From an uncultured Bacteroidia bacterium (GTDB lineage Bacteria > Bacteroidota > Bacteroidia > J057 > JADKCL01), in NCBI GenBank assembly GCA_964352215.1, contig CAYGRE010000005.1, positions 18,527 to 82,526 of the forward strand: a DNA stretch of 64,000 nucleotides, in the 5' to 3' direction. The notes under the pieces were generated by a model, which did not search any database, was not told the DNA's origin, and saw nothing but the letters and a program-made list of their open reading frames with translations. Numbering within the stretch: the stretch's first letter is position 1; each line of letters opens with the position of its first letter. The translations under genes and the position numbers were made by a program. Positions 63,661-64,000 of the stretch are shown piece by piece.

Positions 63661-64000
63661 TTAAGTCCTGACCTCCTTCGGAGACATCCCATACTTGGCA
63701 GAAAATGCTTTGGAGAAATAGGATGCACTCGAAAATCCTACCTGGAATGCGACTTCACTGACGGAGCCGGCATTCTGCTCGAGTAGTTGATAGGCGTACT
63801 CCAAGCGGTAGTTTCGGATAAATTCTCCGGTTGACTGCCCGGTCAATGCCTTGACCTTGCGGTGCAGTTGGGTACGGCTCATGGCAAGTTGCTCCGCCAT
63901 GTCCTCGACGGATAGTTTTTCATTGCTGAGCTCTGCCTGCATCAACTCTTTGAGACGGATCAGGAACTGTTCCTCTATGGAAGTGGCTTCGGTTACGGTG
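63661..64000 (-). CDS. AraC-type HTH regulator C-terminus (possibly hybrid two-component type), partial
   Basis: LSVEDMAEQLAMSRTQLHRKVKALTGQSTGEFIRNYRLEYAYQLLEQNAGSVSEVAFQVGFSSASYFSKAFSAKYGMSPKEVRT; frame open to the window end. Confidence 0.85.
   Translation of the reverse strand, partial: TVTEATSIEEQFLIRLKELMQAELSNEKLSVEDMAEQLAMSRTQLHRKVKALTGQSTGEFIRNYRLEYAYQLLEQNAGSVSEVAFQVGFSSASYFSKAFSAKYGMSPKEVRT

Noticed and set aside
1-64000. Prophage, complete eCIS locus, transposase, integrase, rRNA or tRNA genes
   Set aside because: No sheath/tube/baseplate, capsid, terminase, IS transposase, integrase or recognisable RNA gene sequence was found by reading; absence is not proof without searches.

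Overview
This looks like a chromosomal window from a Bacteroidota (Saprospiria-like) bacterium; that is inferred from T9SS sorting tails, SprB repeats and lipoprotein signals. Four zones are visible. (1) 1-23676, minus strand: one uninterrupted reading frame of at least 7892 codons that runs off the left edge, so it is missing from the ORF track. It encodes a giant secreted mosaic protein with two sorbosone-dehydrogenase-like heads, Kelch, TSP3-like, malectin, HYDIN-like, LamG/PKD-like and about 43 SprB-type repeats. Three malectin and four DNRLRE-like domains are nested inside individual SprB repeats. (2) 24.2-30.8 kb, plus strand: exported or hydrolytic proteins, two with T9SS-type C-terminal sorting tails. 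(3) 30.8-50.4 kb: an accessory zone. It holds a peptidoglycan-binding-like plus caspase-like candidate effector, an AbiEi-like/Fic fusion with phased upstream repeats, intact and decayed toxin-antitoxin modules, a 941-aa protein translationally coupled to a second caspase-like candidate, a metalloprotease lipoprotein, and several unusual repeat or palindrome arrays. (4) 50.4-64 kb: a lipase, then a compact lipid/ester-type cluster (acyl-CoA ligase, two paralogous alpha/beta hydrolases in different compartments, OM barrel-like protein, atypical KAS III, SSS transporter, FabG), and a partial AraC-type regulator. All domain calls come from reading motifs by eye; no database search was run.
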